Shown: positions 38,601-48,105 of the stretch, in pieces
Layout of the letters: every line of letters starts with the position of its first letter
Position numbering within the stretch: the stretch's first letter is position 1
Assembly (NCBI GenBank): GCA_903851415.1
Contig: CAINOE010000096.1
Span: 22,502 to 86,501, forward strand
DNA: 64,000 bases
Reading direction: 5' to 3'
DNA from: an uncultured Rhodopila sp.
GTDB taxonomy: Bacteria; Pseudomonadota; Alphaproteobacteria; Acetobacterales; Acetobacteraceae
Translations under genes and position numbers: made by a program
Notes under the pieces: model-generated
The model's input: the letters and a program-made list of their open reading frames with translations, nothing else
Databases searched by the model: none
Told to the model about the DNA's origin: nothing

Positions 38601-38835
38601 CCCAGGCCAGCAGGAGGCTTCCGAATGTGACATGCACCGGCTCCGGGTCGTCGCTGAGGACCGCCCGCGCGCGATCGGCCAGCCAGCCGAGTTCGATCGG
38701 GCCTTGCGATAGCCGCCATGCCGCGGCGGCCAGAACGACGCTGACGACGGCGGCAAAGCCGATCGCGGCGACCAGGAGGCGGTGCACGAACCGGGAGGTG
38801 TGGACGATGACGCGTCCCGTGGTCTTGCGGATCAC
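35653..38835 (-). CDS. AsmA-like / YhdP-type (DUF3971) protein
   Basis: N-terminal TM with RLSQGPI; C-terminal GTIVPAY...GGGVFA...NPVSALTPGFLR. Confidence 0.8.
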   Translation of the reverse strand: MIRKTTGRVIVHTSRFVHRLLVAAIGFAAVVSVVLAAAAWRLSQGPIELGWLADRARAVLSDDPEPVHVTFGSLLLAWEGFNKGVDYPLDLAMTGIDITDASGRRLAFAPQAHLTFSVAALLLGRFVPRTVEVDHASIAVIRDTDGAIGFGGSASESGGETADFRALRDQLARPAATDRGMRPGILDQIRRVHFRDAEVTATDRKTGLALKTAGMNIDLTRPATGHVTGTLNAPLSLGDEKADLFAHLDFVPGGSTRLDVRMSPFRLAGLRHPSPALAVTVPVSLEATLDFDAGFGFSRGFATLHCGQGVIPAGQGRFPLLDGVVSLAATQDTLTIRTAHFNVARTVQDTPETIDIGGTVMRAAERITAELRIALDQIDIADVPRLWPLGVGGGSRPWIVENVTGGLARHGSAAMVIEADTALNGAVLTRATGDLDVSNATFTWIDDVPPVEQTEAHLHLLDPDTLDIAVSSARQRIRGGGPDLVVKDGRMRITGLSYKDQFADIAAEVEGPLSSIWTLLQEPRLRLLSTHPVALKTAGGEVSGMLAFQFPLENSLTMDDVAIHADAHVKRVRVLDIAYGHDLDDAAFDLVVTKDGLSLKGRGALAAIPLTLTGSMDFNSGPADQVVQKIVATGQPDAAQLGAAGLHVTDVIDGPVPLTAVLVERRNGTGSVTLESDLTLATLTVGTLAWSKPSGSAASASATLLLSRDRLSRIDRIMVRGDDLLLTGSAEFADGQVRSLMLDRMKLGRTDGRGAVHFAANRPIGIVLRGGQIDLGPKLTEKSGGGPAPDGPVTPAWTLDGRFDRALLANGEQAANLLVKAAGDGETIRTLDAIGASGTGAGFSVRIDPREGKRHLRVTSRDAGGFLRAMDATSVIQSGQLTIDADFTRPIGYRPLVGSADIRGGTVKNLPVLAKLLQAITLYGLVDALRGPGMGFTQILLPFQYDGGSLYLNDARAYNSSLGVTAKGSIALSSGRASLSGTIVPAYFFNAMLGRLPLVGKLFSPEEGGGVFAARFGVEGPIGDPSISVNPVSALTPGFLRGIFGVFDTPGTRSQPPGQR

Positions 38836-38890
38836 AGACTCTTCTGCCTCGGCGTCATGGCCGGGTGCCGGGACACTGTTGCCTCCCCAT

Positions 38891-38921
38891 CGTCATGGCG
38901 CGGCTTGTCCGGGCCATGACG
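38891..38921. repeat. short REP-like hairpin
   Basis: cgtcatggcgcggcttgtccgggccatgacg. Confidence 0.8.
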
Positions 38922-38955
38922 ACGGGGAGCGATTTCGTATAGGTTTCCCCACCCG

Positions 38956-41913
38956 ATGAACCGTGCCCCGTTTTCCCTGCCGTCCCGCTGGCCCGCTGCG
39001 TTCGACGCAGAGTCCGCGGACAGGCTCGTCGAACGCTTCCAGGCGCTTGGCGACGCGGAGGCTCGGTTGCTGGAGGCGCCTTGGGTCCGGCCGATGCTGA
39101 GATGCCTGGGCGGCAACAGCCCCTACCTGTCCGAGCTGACGATCCGGGAACGCGACACGATCCGCCGCGTCGTTGCGGACGGTCCGGACATTGCCTTCGC
39201 GGACGTGCTGTCCAGCCTGGTCCATGTTTCCCCCGATTCGAATCGTCCCGAGATCGCGGCCGCTCTGCGTCAGGCGAAGCGTTCGGCGGCGCTGATCGCC
39301 GCGATAGCGGATGTGGGCGGAGTCTGGCCATTGGAAAGCGTGACCGGCGCGCTGTCCGACCTGGCGGAAGCGACGTTGCGGCTGGCCATCCGGCACCTGC
39401 TGCGCAGCGCCCACGACGCGCGCGAGATCCGGCTGCAGGATCCCGGCCGCCCGGAGACCAATTGCGGATTCGCCGCTCTGGCCATGGGCAAGCTGGGCGC
39501 GGCGGAGCTGAACTATTCGTCCGATATCGACCTCATCCTGATCTACGACGGCACTGCCCCTGTGTATGCGGGCGGCAGCGCGGCGGATAGCGCCGGCTCC
39601 TTCACGTCCCGTTTGGCGCGCAATCTGATCACCTTGATGGAGGCGCGGGACGCCAACGGCTATGTCTTCCGCACCGACCTGCGGCTGCGCCCCGATCCGG
39701 CGGCCACGCCGCCCGCCGTCTCGCTGCACGCCGCTCTGGTCTACTACGAGAGCATGGGCCTGAACTGGGAGCGGGCGGCGATGATCAAGGCGCGGCCGGT
39801 GGCCGGAGACCTAGCTCTGGGTCACCGTTTCCTGGAGGCGATCCGTCCCTTCGTCTGGCGGCGCGGCCTGGATTTCGCGGCGGTCGCCGATATCCATGCG
39901 ATGAAGCGCCGGATCGACGTGGTGAAGCAGACGGCGCTGGGCGAGGACATCGATCCGGTGGCGCGGATCGCCGGGCACAACGTCAAGCTCGGCGAGGGCG
40001 GCATCCGGGAGATCGAGTTCCTGGTGCAGACCCTGCAGATGGTGTGGGGCGGGCGCGACCCGACCTTGCGGATCAGGCCGACACTGCAGGCGCTGAAGCG
40101 GCTGACCGAAACCGGGCATCTGGCGGAGGCGGCGCGGCAGCAGTTGGAGGAATCCTACCGCTTCCTGCGCCAGGTCGAGCACCGCATCCAGATGGTCAAC
40201 GACCGCCAGACCCACGACCTGCCGCAGCAGCCGGCGGATGTCGGCCGGATCGCCTGCTTCATGGGCTATGCCGGTGCGGCGCCGTTCGCGGCGGATTTCC
40301 TGCGGCACGTGGCGGTCGTCCGCGCCAACTACCGCGCGGTGTTCGAGCATGTGCCCGACCTGCCCGGCACCGAAACGGCCGGACCGGAACTGGATTTCCG
40401 CGGCGACGACCCCGATCCGCCGGGCACGGTCGAGGCGCTGAAGAGCCTCGGCTTCAACGACACGCGCCGGATCGTCACCGCGGTGCGGCAATGGCTCGCC
40501 GGCCGGGTGCGGGCGCTGCGGTCCGACCGGGCGCGGGAGTTGATGACGACCATGGCGCCGTCGATCCTGGCCGCGCTGGGGCGCCAGTCGCATCCCGACG
40601 AGGCGTTCGTCCGCTTCGACCGGTTCATCAGCGCCCTGCCCGCCGGGGTGCAGCCGATGTCGCTGTTCCAGCGCAATCCCGCTTTGGTGGACCGGGTCGC
40701 CGCCGTCCTGGGCGCGGCGCCGATGCTGTCCGAACATCTGGCGCGCTATCCGAGCGCCCTGGAGGGGCTGCTGGCTGATGACGAGATCGCCGACGCCGAA
40801 CGGATGCTGCGCGAGCGGCTGGCCGGGACGACCCGGTTGGACGATGCCATCCAGATCGTTCGCCGGGCGGTGAAGGAGCGCGACTTCCTGCTGTCGGTCG
40901 CGACCCTGGAGGGGCGGCTGGATGCCAACGCGTCGGGGCGGGAACGCTCCGCCCTGGCCGACGCAACTTTGGCGGTGATGGTGCCGCGCGTGCTGGCGGA
41001 TTTCGCGCGGCGGTTCGGCCGGGTGCCGGGCGGCGCGCTGGCGGTGGTGGTCATGGGCAAAGCCGGCGGGCGGGAGATGATGGCGGGGTCGGACCTTGAC
41101 CTGATCTTCATCTACGACCACCCGCCGGAGGTCGCGGACAGCCGGGGCGGCCGCAGCCTGCCGGTCAGCCAGTGGTTCGTGCGCGCCGTCCAGGGCTGTG
41201 TGGCCGCGCTGACCGCCCCCGGGGCCGAGGGGCAGATGTACGAACTCGACATGCGGCTGCGTCCTTCCGGCAACAAGGGACCGCTGGCGGTGTCGCTGGA
41301 GGGGTTCAAGCGGTATCACCACTGGGATGCCTGGACCTGGGAGCGCATGGCGCTGACCCGCGCCCGCGTCGTCGCCGGGCCGCCTGCTTTGCGCAAGCGG
41401 GTCCGGCAGGCGATCGAGGATGCGATCCGTCGGGACCAGGAGCCGGAGCGGGTGCGGCAGAACGCCACCACGATGCGCACCCGGATGGCGCGGGACCTGC
41501 GCCCGGCCGGTCCGTGGGACGTCAAGCTGCGCCCCGGCGGGTTGATCGACATCGAGTTCGTGGCTCAGGTGCTGCAGGTGATCCAAAGCCGCGAGTCCGG
41601 GTTCCGCACCAGCCCGACGACGCATATAGCGTTGCAGCGGTTGGGCGATGCGGGGTTCCTGGACAAGCACGATGCGGCCGTGCTGATCCGGGCGGACCTG
41701 CTCTGGCGCACGATCCAGGGCATGCTGCGCATGACGGTTGGCCAGCCGAAAGAAGAGGCGTTGCCGGCCGCTTCGGCGGCGCCGCTGCTGCGGGCCGCGG
41801 CGGCGGCGGGCATGCCGGCGGTTGACACGACTGACTTATTGCATAAGTCAAATGCGCTCGCGCAACAGGTTCGCGCGGTCTTTGAACGTCAGGTGGGGAA
41901 GATAGGCGGATGA
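38956..41913 (+). CDS. glnE: glutamine synthetase adenylyltransferase/deadenylase
   Basis: Two NTase domains: MGKLGAAELNYSSDIDL and MGKAGGREM..GSDLDL; D.RLRP motifs. Confidence 0.95.
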   Translation: MNRAPFSLPSRWPAAFDAESADRLVERFQALGDAEARLLEAPWVRPMLRCLGGNSPYLSELTIRERDTIRRVVADGPDIAFADVLSSLVHVSPDSNRPEIAAALRQAKRSAALIAAIADVGGVWPLESVTGALSDLAEATLRLAIRHLLRSAHDAREIRLQDPGRPETNCGFAALAMGKLGAAELNYSSDIDLILIYDGTAPVYAGGSAADSAGSFTSRLARNLITLMEARDANGYVFRTDLRLRPDPAATPPAVSLHAALVYYESMGLNWERAAMIKARPVAGDLALGHRFLEAIRPFVWRRGLDFAAVADIHAMKRRIDVVKQTALGEDIDPVARIAGHNVKLGEGGIREIEFLVQTLQMVWGGRDPTLRIRPTLQALKRLTETGHLAEAARQQLEESYRFLRQVEHRIQMVNDRQTHDLPQQPADVGRIACFMGYAGAAPFAADFLRHVAVVRANYRAVFEHVPDLPGTETAGPELDFRGDDPDPPGTVEALKSLGFNDTRRIVTAVRQWLAGRVRALRSDRARELMTTMAPSILAALGRQSHPDEAFVRFDRFISALPAGVQPMSLFQRNPALVDRVAAVLGAAPMLSEHLARYPSALEGLLADDEIADAERMLRERLAGTTRLDDAIQIVRRAVKERDFLLSVATLEGRLDANASGRERSALADATLAVMVPRVLADFARRFGRVPGGALAVVVMGKAGGREMMAGSDLDLIFIYDHPPEVADSRGGRSLPVSQWFVRAVQGCVAALTAPGAEGQMYELDMRLRPSGNKGPLAVSLEGFKRYHHWDAWTWERMALTRARVVAGPPALRKRVRQAIEDAIRRDQEPERVRQNATTMRTRMARDLRPAGPWDVKLRPGGLIDIEFVAQVLQVIQSRESGFRTSPTTHIALQRLGDAGFLDKHDAAVLIRADLLWRTIQGMLRMTVGQPKEEALPAASAAPLLRAAAAAGMPAVDTTDLLHKSNALAQQVRAVFERQVGKIGG

Positions 41914-42383
41914 GTGTTGCGGAAGGCGAAGCGGCTCCGGATTTCTCGCTGCCGGCGACCGGTGGGCGGACCGTTGGTCTGGCGGGCTTCAAGGGCAAGC
42001 CGTTCATCCTGTATTTCTACCCGAAGGCCGATACGCCGGGCTGCACCAAGGAGGCCTGCGCCTTCCAGGAAGCCTCCCCGAAGCTGGAGGAGGTCGGTCT
42101 GGATGTGGTCGGGGTGTCGCCGGACAAGATCAAGCCGATCGAGAAGTTCGCGGCGAAGTACGGGCTGACGTTTCCGCTGGCCTCGGATGAGGATCATGCG
42201 GTGGCGGAGCGGTATGGCGTGTGGGTCCAGAAGTCGATGTATGGCCGTCAATACATGGGTGTTGACAGGAGCACGTTCCTGATCGATGCGGCCGGCACGG
42301 TGCTGAAGGTGTGGCGTAAGGTCAGCGTGACCGGGCATGCCGAGGACGTGCTGAAGGCGGCGAAGGGGTTGAAGCTGGTTTAG
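41910..42383 (+). CDS. bcp: peroxiredoxin BCP
   Basis: YFYPKADTPGCTKEAC, RSTFLID. Confidence 0.93.
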   Translation: MSVAEGEAAPDFSLPATGGRTVGLAGFKGKPFILYFYPKADTPGCTKEACAFQEASPKLEEVGLDVVGVSPDKIKPIEKFAAKYGLTFPLASDEDHAVAERYGVWVQKSMYGRQYMGVDRSTFLIDAAGTVLKVWRKVSVTGHAEDVLKAAKGLKLV

Positions 42384-42437
42384 GCGGGGCGGTGCCGGCC
42401 TTTCCCGGAACTTGGCCGCGGAAACAAATTCGCGCCC

Positions 42438-42947
42438 TTACCGCGGAGGACATATGAGAAGTGTCAGGAACGCCTTGCGATGTTCCTGCTCGGCCTGCCC
42501 GAATCGGTGCACGGCACTTCTGGCAGTGTTGAGCGCCACCTTTGCATCCGACGTTTTGTAACGCGGTATAGGGTTGTAGTCGGCCAGGTGGCGTTTTCCC
42601 TGTAGCTCTATCGCCGCGGTAGAAAATTCCTGGATGCCGGAGCTGAAACCGCCGGCCGGAACATAGGGTCGGTACTTCGCCACCGGGACCTGCTTGAGCG
42701 TCTCTGTACAAAGTTCCTTCAGACCCTTATGTTCAACGCTCCTGTAAACGAGCGCGTATCGGCTCGTTGAGCGTTGCGTAACGCCGACGAACTCGTCCGC
42801 TGCCGCGATCAGGCAAAAGTGGAAAAGACCGTAATAGGCGGCGGAAATCGCACGCCTCAGGTCAACCTGACGAGGAGGACCGGCAGGCGGCGGAACGATT
42901 AATTTTTCCGTCTGTTCGAACAGATGGTCAGGATTCAGTATCGGCAA
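42438..42947 (-). CDS. HEPN-like protein
   Basis: RRAISAAYYGLFH and RHLADY (Rx4Y) motifs; appears lower in GC. Confidence 0.65.
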   Translation of the reverse strand: MPILNPDHLFEQTEKLIVPPPAGPPRQVDLRRAISAAYYGLFHFCLIAAADEFVGVTQRSTSRYALVYRSVEHKGLKELCTETLKQVPVAKYRPYVPAGGFSSGIQEFSTAAIELQGKRHLADYNPIPRYKTSDAKVALNTARSAVHRFGQAEQEHRKAFLTLLICPPR

Positions 42948-43227
42948 TCGATCTCAACTCTTCCTCGGTAGCGTATTCGATGATCGGGAATCTTTCTTCG
43001 TTCGCGGCGCGCAGAGCTCGCTCCACTCCGACCAGGGTGTCCAGGGCCATGTCGCCGCTGATGCTTTCAGCGCCACCGTCATCCAAAACGATGGTTATAT
43101 GCAGGACTTCCGCGCCATCGCCGTCCACGGCGGGTTCGCTGAGTACGCGCCGGACATCGGTCCGCTGTCGCAAGACCGCCGAGGCTGCCCCGGCCACCAC
43201 CTCGTTAACCTTCGTGAGTTCGAGCAT
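42928..43227 (-). CDS. small acidic protein, putative partner of the HEPN-like protein
   Basis: 99 aa, D-x-D (DGDG), FP..Y...E; overlaps the HEPN gene by 20 bp. Confidence 0.55.
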   Translation of the reverse strand: MLELTKVNEVVAGAASAVLRQRTDVRRVLSEPAVDGDGAEVLHITIVLDDGGAESISGDMALDTLVGVERALRAANEERFPIIEYATEEELRSIADTES

Positions 43228-43300
43228 ACGTGTACGTTAGCAGGCCGCGGGGGGTCAGGAAAGGCCGCCATGCGCCGGAACCGAAGGAGACAGCCTTTCC

Positions 43301-43316
43301 GTTAACCGAAAAGTAA
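43301..43316. promoter_or_regulatory. CtrA-binding site-like motif upstream of fliG
   Basis: GTTAA-ccgaaaa-GTAA, one mismatch to TTAA-N7-TTAAC on the minus strand. Confidence 0.5.
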
Positions 43317-43415
43317 GACTTACCGTCTAACACTCGGGGCACTGACGTGTCCCGCCGCTTCCGGCGGCCGATGCGGCTCAGTTTGGACCAAACTGACCTC
43401 GGGTGGCGATGCGGA

Positions 43416-44438
43416 ATGGCTAACCTGCCGGCCGGAATGACGAACAGGGCGATGACGGGGCTGGAAAAGGCCAGCGTCCTGATGCTCGCGCTGGGCGAGG
43501 AGCATGCCAGCCGGCTGTTCGGCATGATGCATGAAGACGAAATCAAGGCCGTCTCCGCCGCCATGGCCCAGCTCGGGGTGGTGCCGGTCGATACCGTGGA
43601 GCGGCTGTGCGCCGACATCGTCGACAATTTCGATGCCACCGGCGGCATCATGGGCAGCTTCGAGAGCACCGAATCGCTCCTGATGAAGGCCCTGCCGCGC
43701 GATCGCGTCGCCCAGATCATGGAGGAGATCCGCGGCCCGGCCGGACGGACGATGTGGGACAAGCTCGGCAATGTCAGCGAGGAGCTGCTCGCCAGCTATC
43801 TGAAGAACGAATATCCGCAGACGGTCGCCGTCGTGCTGGCGATGGTGAAGGCCGATCATTCCGCCCGAGTACTGACGCTGCTGCCGGACTCGTTCGCGAT
43901 GGAAGTGGTGATGCGGATGCTGCGCATGGAGTCGATCCAGCGCGACGTGCTGGACCGGGTTGAACGCATCCTGCGCGCCGAGTTCATGTCCAACCTGGCG
44001 CGCGCTTCGACCAACGACGCGCATCACATGGTCGCCGAAATATTCAATCATTTCGACCGCAAGGCGGAAATGCGGTTCATCGCCGGGCTGGAGGAGCGCA
44101 ACCGCGAATCGGCGGAGAAGGTGAAAGCGCAAATGTTCACCTTTGCCGATTTGCAGCGGCTGTCCGGCCCGGCCGTGCAGGTGCTGCTGCGGTCGGTCGA
44201 CAAGAGCATGCTGCCGCTGGCCCTGAAAGGCGCCCCGGAACCGATCAAGGTCCTGTTCTTTTCGCAGCTTTCGGAGCGCGCGGGGAAGATGCTGCGCGAC
44301 GATATGGCCGCCCTCGGCCCGGTTCGCATGAAGGACGTCGAGGAGGCCCAGGCCACCATCAGCAACCTCGCCAAGGATCTGGCCGCGCGCGGCGAAATCG
44401 ACATCAGCGCCGCCAGCGACGACAGGGTGATCGAGTAG
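43416..44438 (+). CDS. fliG: flagellar motor switch protein FliG
   Basis: KASVLMLALGEE, EYPQTVA, MFTFADL, LSERAG; start uncertain by about 10 codons. Confidence 0.95.
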   Translation: MANLPAGMTNRAMTGLEKASVLMLALGEEHASRLFGMMHEDEIKAVSAAMAQLGVVPVDTVERLCADIVDNFDATGGIMGSFESTESLLMKALPRDRVAQIMEEIRGPAGRTMWDKLGNVSEELLASYLKNEYPQTVAVVLAMVKADHSARVLTLLPDSFAMEVVMRMLRMESIQRDVLDRVERILRAEFMSNLARASTNDAHHMVAEIFNHFDRKAEMRFIAGLEERNRESAEKVKAQMFTFADLQRLSGPAVQVLLRSVDKSMLPLALKGAPEPIKVLFFSQLSERAGKMLRDDMAALGPVRMKDVEEAQATISNLAKDLAARGEIDISAASDDRVIE

Positions 44439-44462
44439 TTCAACGCAGTGAAGGAGGATTTT

Positions 44463-44771
44463 ATGGCCGGCCCGGACCCCACCCAGCCCGCTGACCCGGC
44501 GGAAGCGCCGGAGCTCACGTATCCAAAGGAGCTCGAAGCCGTCTACGACATTTCAGTGACGGTCAGCGCAGTGCTCGGCAAGGCGACCATGCAGGTCAAC
44601 CAGTTGCTGAAGCTCGGCCGCGGCGCCGTGGTCGAGCTGGACCGCAAGCTTGGCGAAGCGATCGACATCTATGTCAACAACCGCCTGATCGCGCGCGGCG
44701 AGGTGGTGATGGTGGATGACGTCAAATTGGGCATCACGATGACCGAGATCGTCAAGTCGGAGCGGCAATGA
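44463..44771 (+). CDS. fliN: flagellar motor switch protein FliN
   Basis: LLKLGRGAVVELDR, VNNRLIARGEVV; AAGGAGG RBS. Confidence 0.93.
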   Translation: MAGPDPTQPADPAEAPELTYPKELEAVYDISVTVSAVLGKATMQVNQLLKLGRGAVVELDRKLGEAIDIYVNNRLIARGEVVMVDDVKLGITMTEIVKSERQ

Positions 44772-45835
44772 CCCTCGACGCGGAGGCCGATGGCGGCATG
44801 CCGGATGGTGCCGCGCCGGTCTGTTCGGTTCGCGTGCCAGACGATCCGGCGGAGGACTTTGTCTGCCGCGATCCGGTCATGGTGGCGGTGGTGCAACGGG
44901 CGAAACGCGCCGCCGAGTCCGGCGCCTCGGTGCTGATTTCGGGCGAATCCGGCACGGGAAAGGAAGTCTTCGCCCGCTACATCCACAACGCGTCGGCGCG
45001 CGCCAAGGGTCCGTTCGTTGCGCTGAACTGCGCGGCGATTCCGGATCACCTGCTGGAATCGGAGCTGTTCGGGCACGAGCGCGGCGCCTTTTCCGGCGCC
45101 ATCGGCCGGCGCATCGGCAAGCTGGAGGCCGCCGACGGCGGAACCATCCTGCTGGACGAGATCAGCGAAATGGACAGCCGGCTGCAGGCGAAACTGCTGC
45201 GCGCGGTGCAGGAGCGCGAAGTGGACCGCGTCGGCGGGCAGCGGCCGATGAAAGTCGATATCCGCATCATAGCAACGACCAACAAGGATCTTCAGGCCGA
45301 GGTCAGGAAGCAGACCTTCCGGGAGGATCTGTATTTCCGGCTGAACGTCATCCCGCTGAACATCCCGAGCCTGCGCGCCCGGCCGGACGATATTCCGGTG
45401 CTGGCCCGCTATTTCCTGCGCAAATACGACTCCCGCGCCGTGCCGCGGTTCCGCGGCTTTTCCGAGGCGTCGATGAACGCCATGACGGCGTATCACTGGC
45501 CCGGCAACGTCCGGGAACTGGAAAACGCGGTCAACCGGGCCGTCGTGCTGGCGTCGGCCGATGAAACCCGCAGACAATGCCTTGATCTTTTTCCGCCCGG
45601 TGGAACCGGCGCCCGGCCTGCCAGCGCCGGCGCGGGGCAACCCGCCGCGTCCGCCGGGCGGCCGCTCTGGCAGATCGAGCGCGATGCGATTATCGATACA
45701 CTTGTCATGACCGGGGGCAACCGCACCCGGGCGGCGGAAATCCTCGATATTTCCATACGGTGCCTGCGCAATAAACTTCAGCTCTACGCCTCGCAGGGCT
45801 TTACCCCGCCCGGCCCGGCTTCCCGAACGGACTGA
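44768..45835 (+). CDS. flbD: sigma54-dependent activator, FlbD-like, no receiver domain
   Basis: GESGTGKE, GAFSGA, LLDEI, WPGNVRELEN, C-terminal HTH; located between fliN and flhA. Confidence 0.75.
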   Translation: MTLDAEADGGMPDGAAPVCSVRVPDDPAEDFVCRDPVMVAVVQRAKRAAESGASVLISGESGTGKEVFARYIHNASARAKGPFVALNCAAIPDHLLESELFGHERGAFSGAIGRRIGKLEAADGGTILLDEISEMDSRLQAKLLRAVQEREVDRVGGQRPMKVDIRIIATTNKDLQAEVRKQTFREDLYFRLNVIPLNIPSLRARPDDIPVLARYFLRKYDSRAVPRFRGFSEASMNAMTAYHWPGNVRELENAVNRAVVLASADETRRQCLDLFPPGGTGARPASAGAGQPAASAGRPLWQIERDAIIDTLVMTGGNRTRAAEILDISIRCLRNKLQLYASQGFTPPGPASRTD

Positions 45836-45902
45836 TACCGGTCCACGATGAGAGCGACTCGTCCCGCAAACCGTCATGGCCCGGCTCGTCCGGGCCATGA
45901 CG
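45836..45902. repeat. MITE-like end plus short REP hairpin (45872-45902)
   Basis: taccggtccacgatgagagcgactcgtccc resembles the reverse complement of 58517-58546; followed by REP hairpin. Confidence 0.65.
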
Positions 45903-45927
45903 CCGAGAGCAAGCGCGGCCCCGTGCA

Positions 45928-47997
45928 ATGATCGGCGATTCCCTCGGATCAGTTTTTTCGCGGTTCCGGCGCGGGATACCGGTCGGCGATGCCAGCCTGG
46001 GGCTTGGCGTCATGCTGCTGCTCGGGATCCTGATCGTCCCGATCCCGACATTCCTGCTGGATTTCGCGCTGGCCCTGTCGTTCACCGCGTCGATCCTGAT
46101 CCTGCTGGTTTCGTTGTCGCTGAAGACCGCCCTGGAATTTTCCAGCCTGCCGACTTTGCTTCTGCTGCTGACGATTTTCCGCCTGTCGCTGAACGTGGCG
46201 ACAACGCGGCTGATCCTGTCGCACGGCAACGAAGGCGCCGCCGCGGCCGGGCAGGTCGTCGCGGCCTTCGGAACGTTCCTGATGCAGGGCGATGTGCTGG
46301 TCGGCGCGATCATCTTCACCATGATCCTGCTGGTGAATTTCATCGTCATCACCAAGGGCGCCGGCCGGGTCGCTGAAGTATCGGCCCGGTTTTACCTGGA
46401 CGCGATGCCCGGCAAGCAAATGGCGATCGACGCCGACTTGTCGTCGGGGCAGATCGATGAAAAAACGGCGCGCGCCCGGCGGGCGGAACTGCAGGAGGAA
46501 ATCGGCTTCTACGGCGCCATGGACGGCGCCAGCAAGTTCGTGCGCGGCGACGCCATTTCGGCGATTGTGCTGATCGTCATCAACATCACCGTCGGCCTCG
46601 CCATCGGCGTGATGCGGACGAAAATATCGCTGGAAAATGCGTTCTCGACCTTCGCGACCCTGACCATTGGCGACGGTCTGGTCTCGCAAATCCCGGCGCT
46701 GCTGATTTCCATGGCGGCCGGTATCGTCGTGACCAAGGGCGCCACCGAAGGCAAGGTGCAGGGGGTATTGAGCGGGCAGCTCGGTGCCAGCCCCGGCCTG
46801 CTGATCATTGCCGGTTCGGCGGTCGGGCTGCTGTCCCTGCTGCCGGGATTGCCGACGGTGCCGTTCCTGGCGATCGCCGTCCTGGCTGGGGTTTTGGCGT
46901 GGCACCAGCTTAACAAGCGGCAGGTCGAGGCGGCCGAAATTCCCCCGCCTCCGCCCGATCCGGAAGCCGGGCGGGATCGGCCTCCTTCGCTCGATCCGGT
47001 GCGGGTCGAACTGGGGTACGGGTTGCTCGACCTTGTCAGCAACGGGACGCAGCCGTTGCCGGAGCAGATCAAGGGGCTGCGGCGGGCGATGGCTTCCGAT
47101 CTGGGCTTCGTGCTGCCGTCGGTACGGATTCAGGACAACATGGAGCTGGGGCCGTACAACTATGCGGTGGCGCTGAAGGACATTTCGGCCGGGACTGGCG
47201 AACTGCGCCCGATGATGATGCTGGCGATCTGTCCCGACGAACGGGAGTTTCCTTTGCCGGGCGAAAAGACCCTCGAACCGGCGTTCGGTCTGCCGGCGTT
47301 CTGGATCTCTCCGGCCCAGGCGGATGCGGCGCGGTCGCTGAACTGCACGATCGTCGAACCGGCCAGCGTGCTGACGACGCATTTGGGGGAGGTGGTGAAG
47401 GACAATATCGCGGAGCTGCTGTCCTATGCCGAAACGCAGAAAATCCTGTCCGATCTGCCGCAGGAACAGCAGCGGCTGGTCGCCGATCTGGTTCCGGGTT
47501 CGATAACAGTGGGCGGATTCCAGAGGGTTTTGCAGGCCTTGCTGGCGGAGCGGGTTTCGATACGGGACATGCCGACCATTCTGGAAGCGGTGCAGGAGGC
47601 TTGCGGCAGTGCATCGAAGGCCATCGGCACGATTGTTTCGCATGTGCGGATGCGTTTGGCGCGGCAGATCAGCGACAGCCTGCTGGGGGCGGGCGGTTTC
47701 ATTGCGGTGATTCCGTTGTCGCCGGAGTGGGAAGATACGATTGGCTCCTCGCTTGTCGGGCCGCCGGACGACAGCCAGCTTGTTTTGCCGCAGGATAAAT
47801 TGCAGGAGTTCGTGGCGCGCTTGCGCAGCGTGGTGGACGCGGCGGTGCAGGCAGGGTACCGGCCGGTGCTGCTGACGAGCGGGCGGATCCGGTCGCATGT
47901 GCGGTCGATCGCCGACCGGATCAGGTTGAACACGCCGGTCATTGCGCAGACGGAAATTCACCGGCGGGCGCAGATCAAGGTGGTTGGGACGATTTGA
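45928..47997 (+). CDS. flhA: flagellar biosynthesis protein FlhA
   Basis: RLSLNVATTRLIL, RVAEVSARFYLDAMPGKQMAIDAD, FYGAMDGASKFVRGD. Confidence 0.96.
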   Translation: MIGDSLGSVFSRFRRGIPVGDASLGLGVMLLLGILIVPIPTFLLDFALALSFTASILILLVSLSLKTALEFSSLPTLLLLLTIFRLSLNVATTRLILSHGNEGAAAAGQVVAAFGTFLMQGDVLVGAIIFTMILLVNFIVITKGAGRVAEVSARFYLDAMPGKQMAIDADLSSGQIDEKTARARRAELQEEIGFYGAMDGASKFVRGDAISAIVLIVINITVGLAIGVMRTKISLENAFSTFATLTIGDGLVSQIPALLISMAAGIVVTKGATEGKVQGVLSGQLGASPGLLIIAGSAVGLLSLLPGLPTVPFLAIAVLAGVLAWHQLNKRQVEAAEIPPPPPDPEAGRDRPPSLDPVRVELGYGLLDLVSNGTQPLPEQIKGLRRAMASDLGFVLPSVRIQDNMELGPYNYAVALKDISAGTGELRPMMMLAICPDEREFPLPGEKTLEPAFGLPAFWISPAQADAARSLNCTIVEPASVLTTHLGEVVKDNIAELLSYAETQKILSDLPQEQQRLVADLVPGSITVGGFQRVLQALLAERVSIRDMPTILEAVQEACGSASKAIGTIVSHVRMRLARQISDSLLGAGGFIAVIPLSPEWEDTIGSSLVGPPDDSQLVLPQDKLQEFVARLRSVVDAAVQAGYRPVLLTSGRIRSHVRSIADRIRLNTPVIAQTEIHRRAQIKVVGTI

Positions 47998-48007
47998 TTT
48001 CACCGCA

Positions 48008-48085
48008 CGTCGTGGCCCGGCTTGTCCGGGCCATCTGTCGAGCCAGGTGGCGGAACAGATGGCCCGGACTAGCCGGGCCATGACG
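48008..48085. repeat. 78-bp REP-like palindrome
   Basis: Same arms as 29471; lies between convergent flhA and carboxypeptidase genes. Confidence 0.85.
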
Positions 48086-48105
48086 AGGGGGGCAGGGCGA
48101 CGGCA

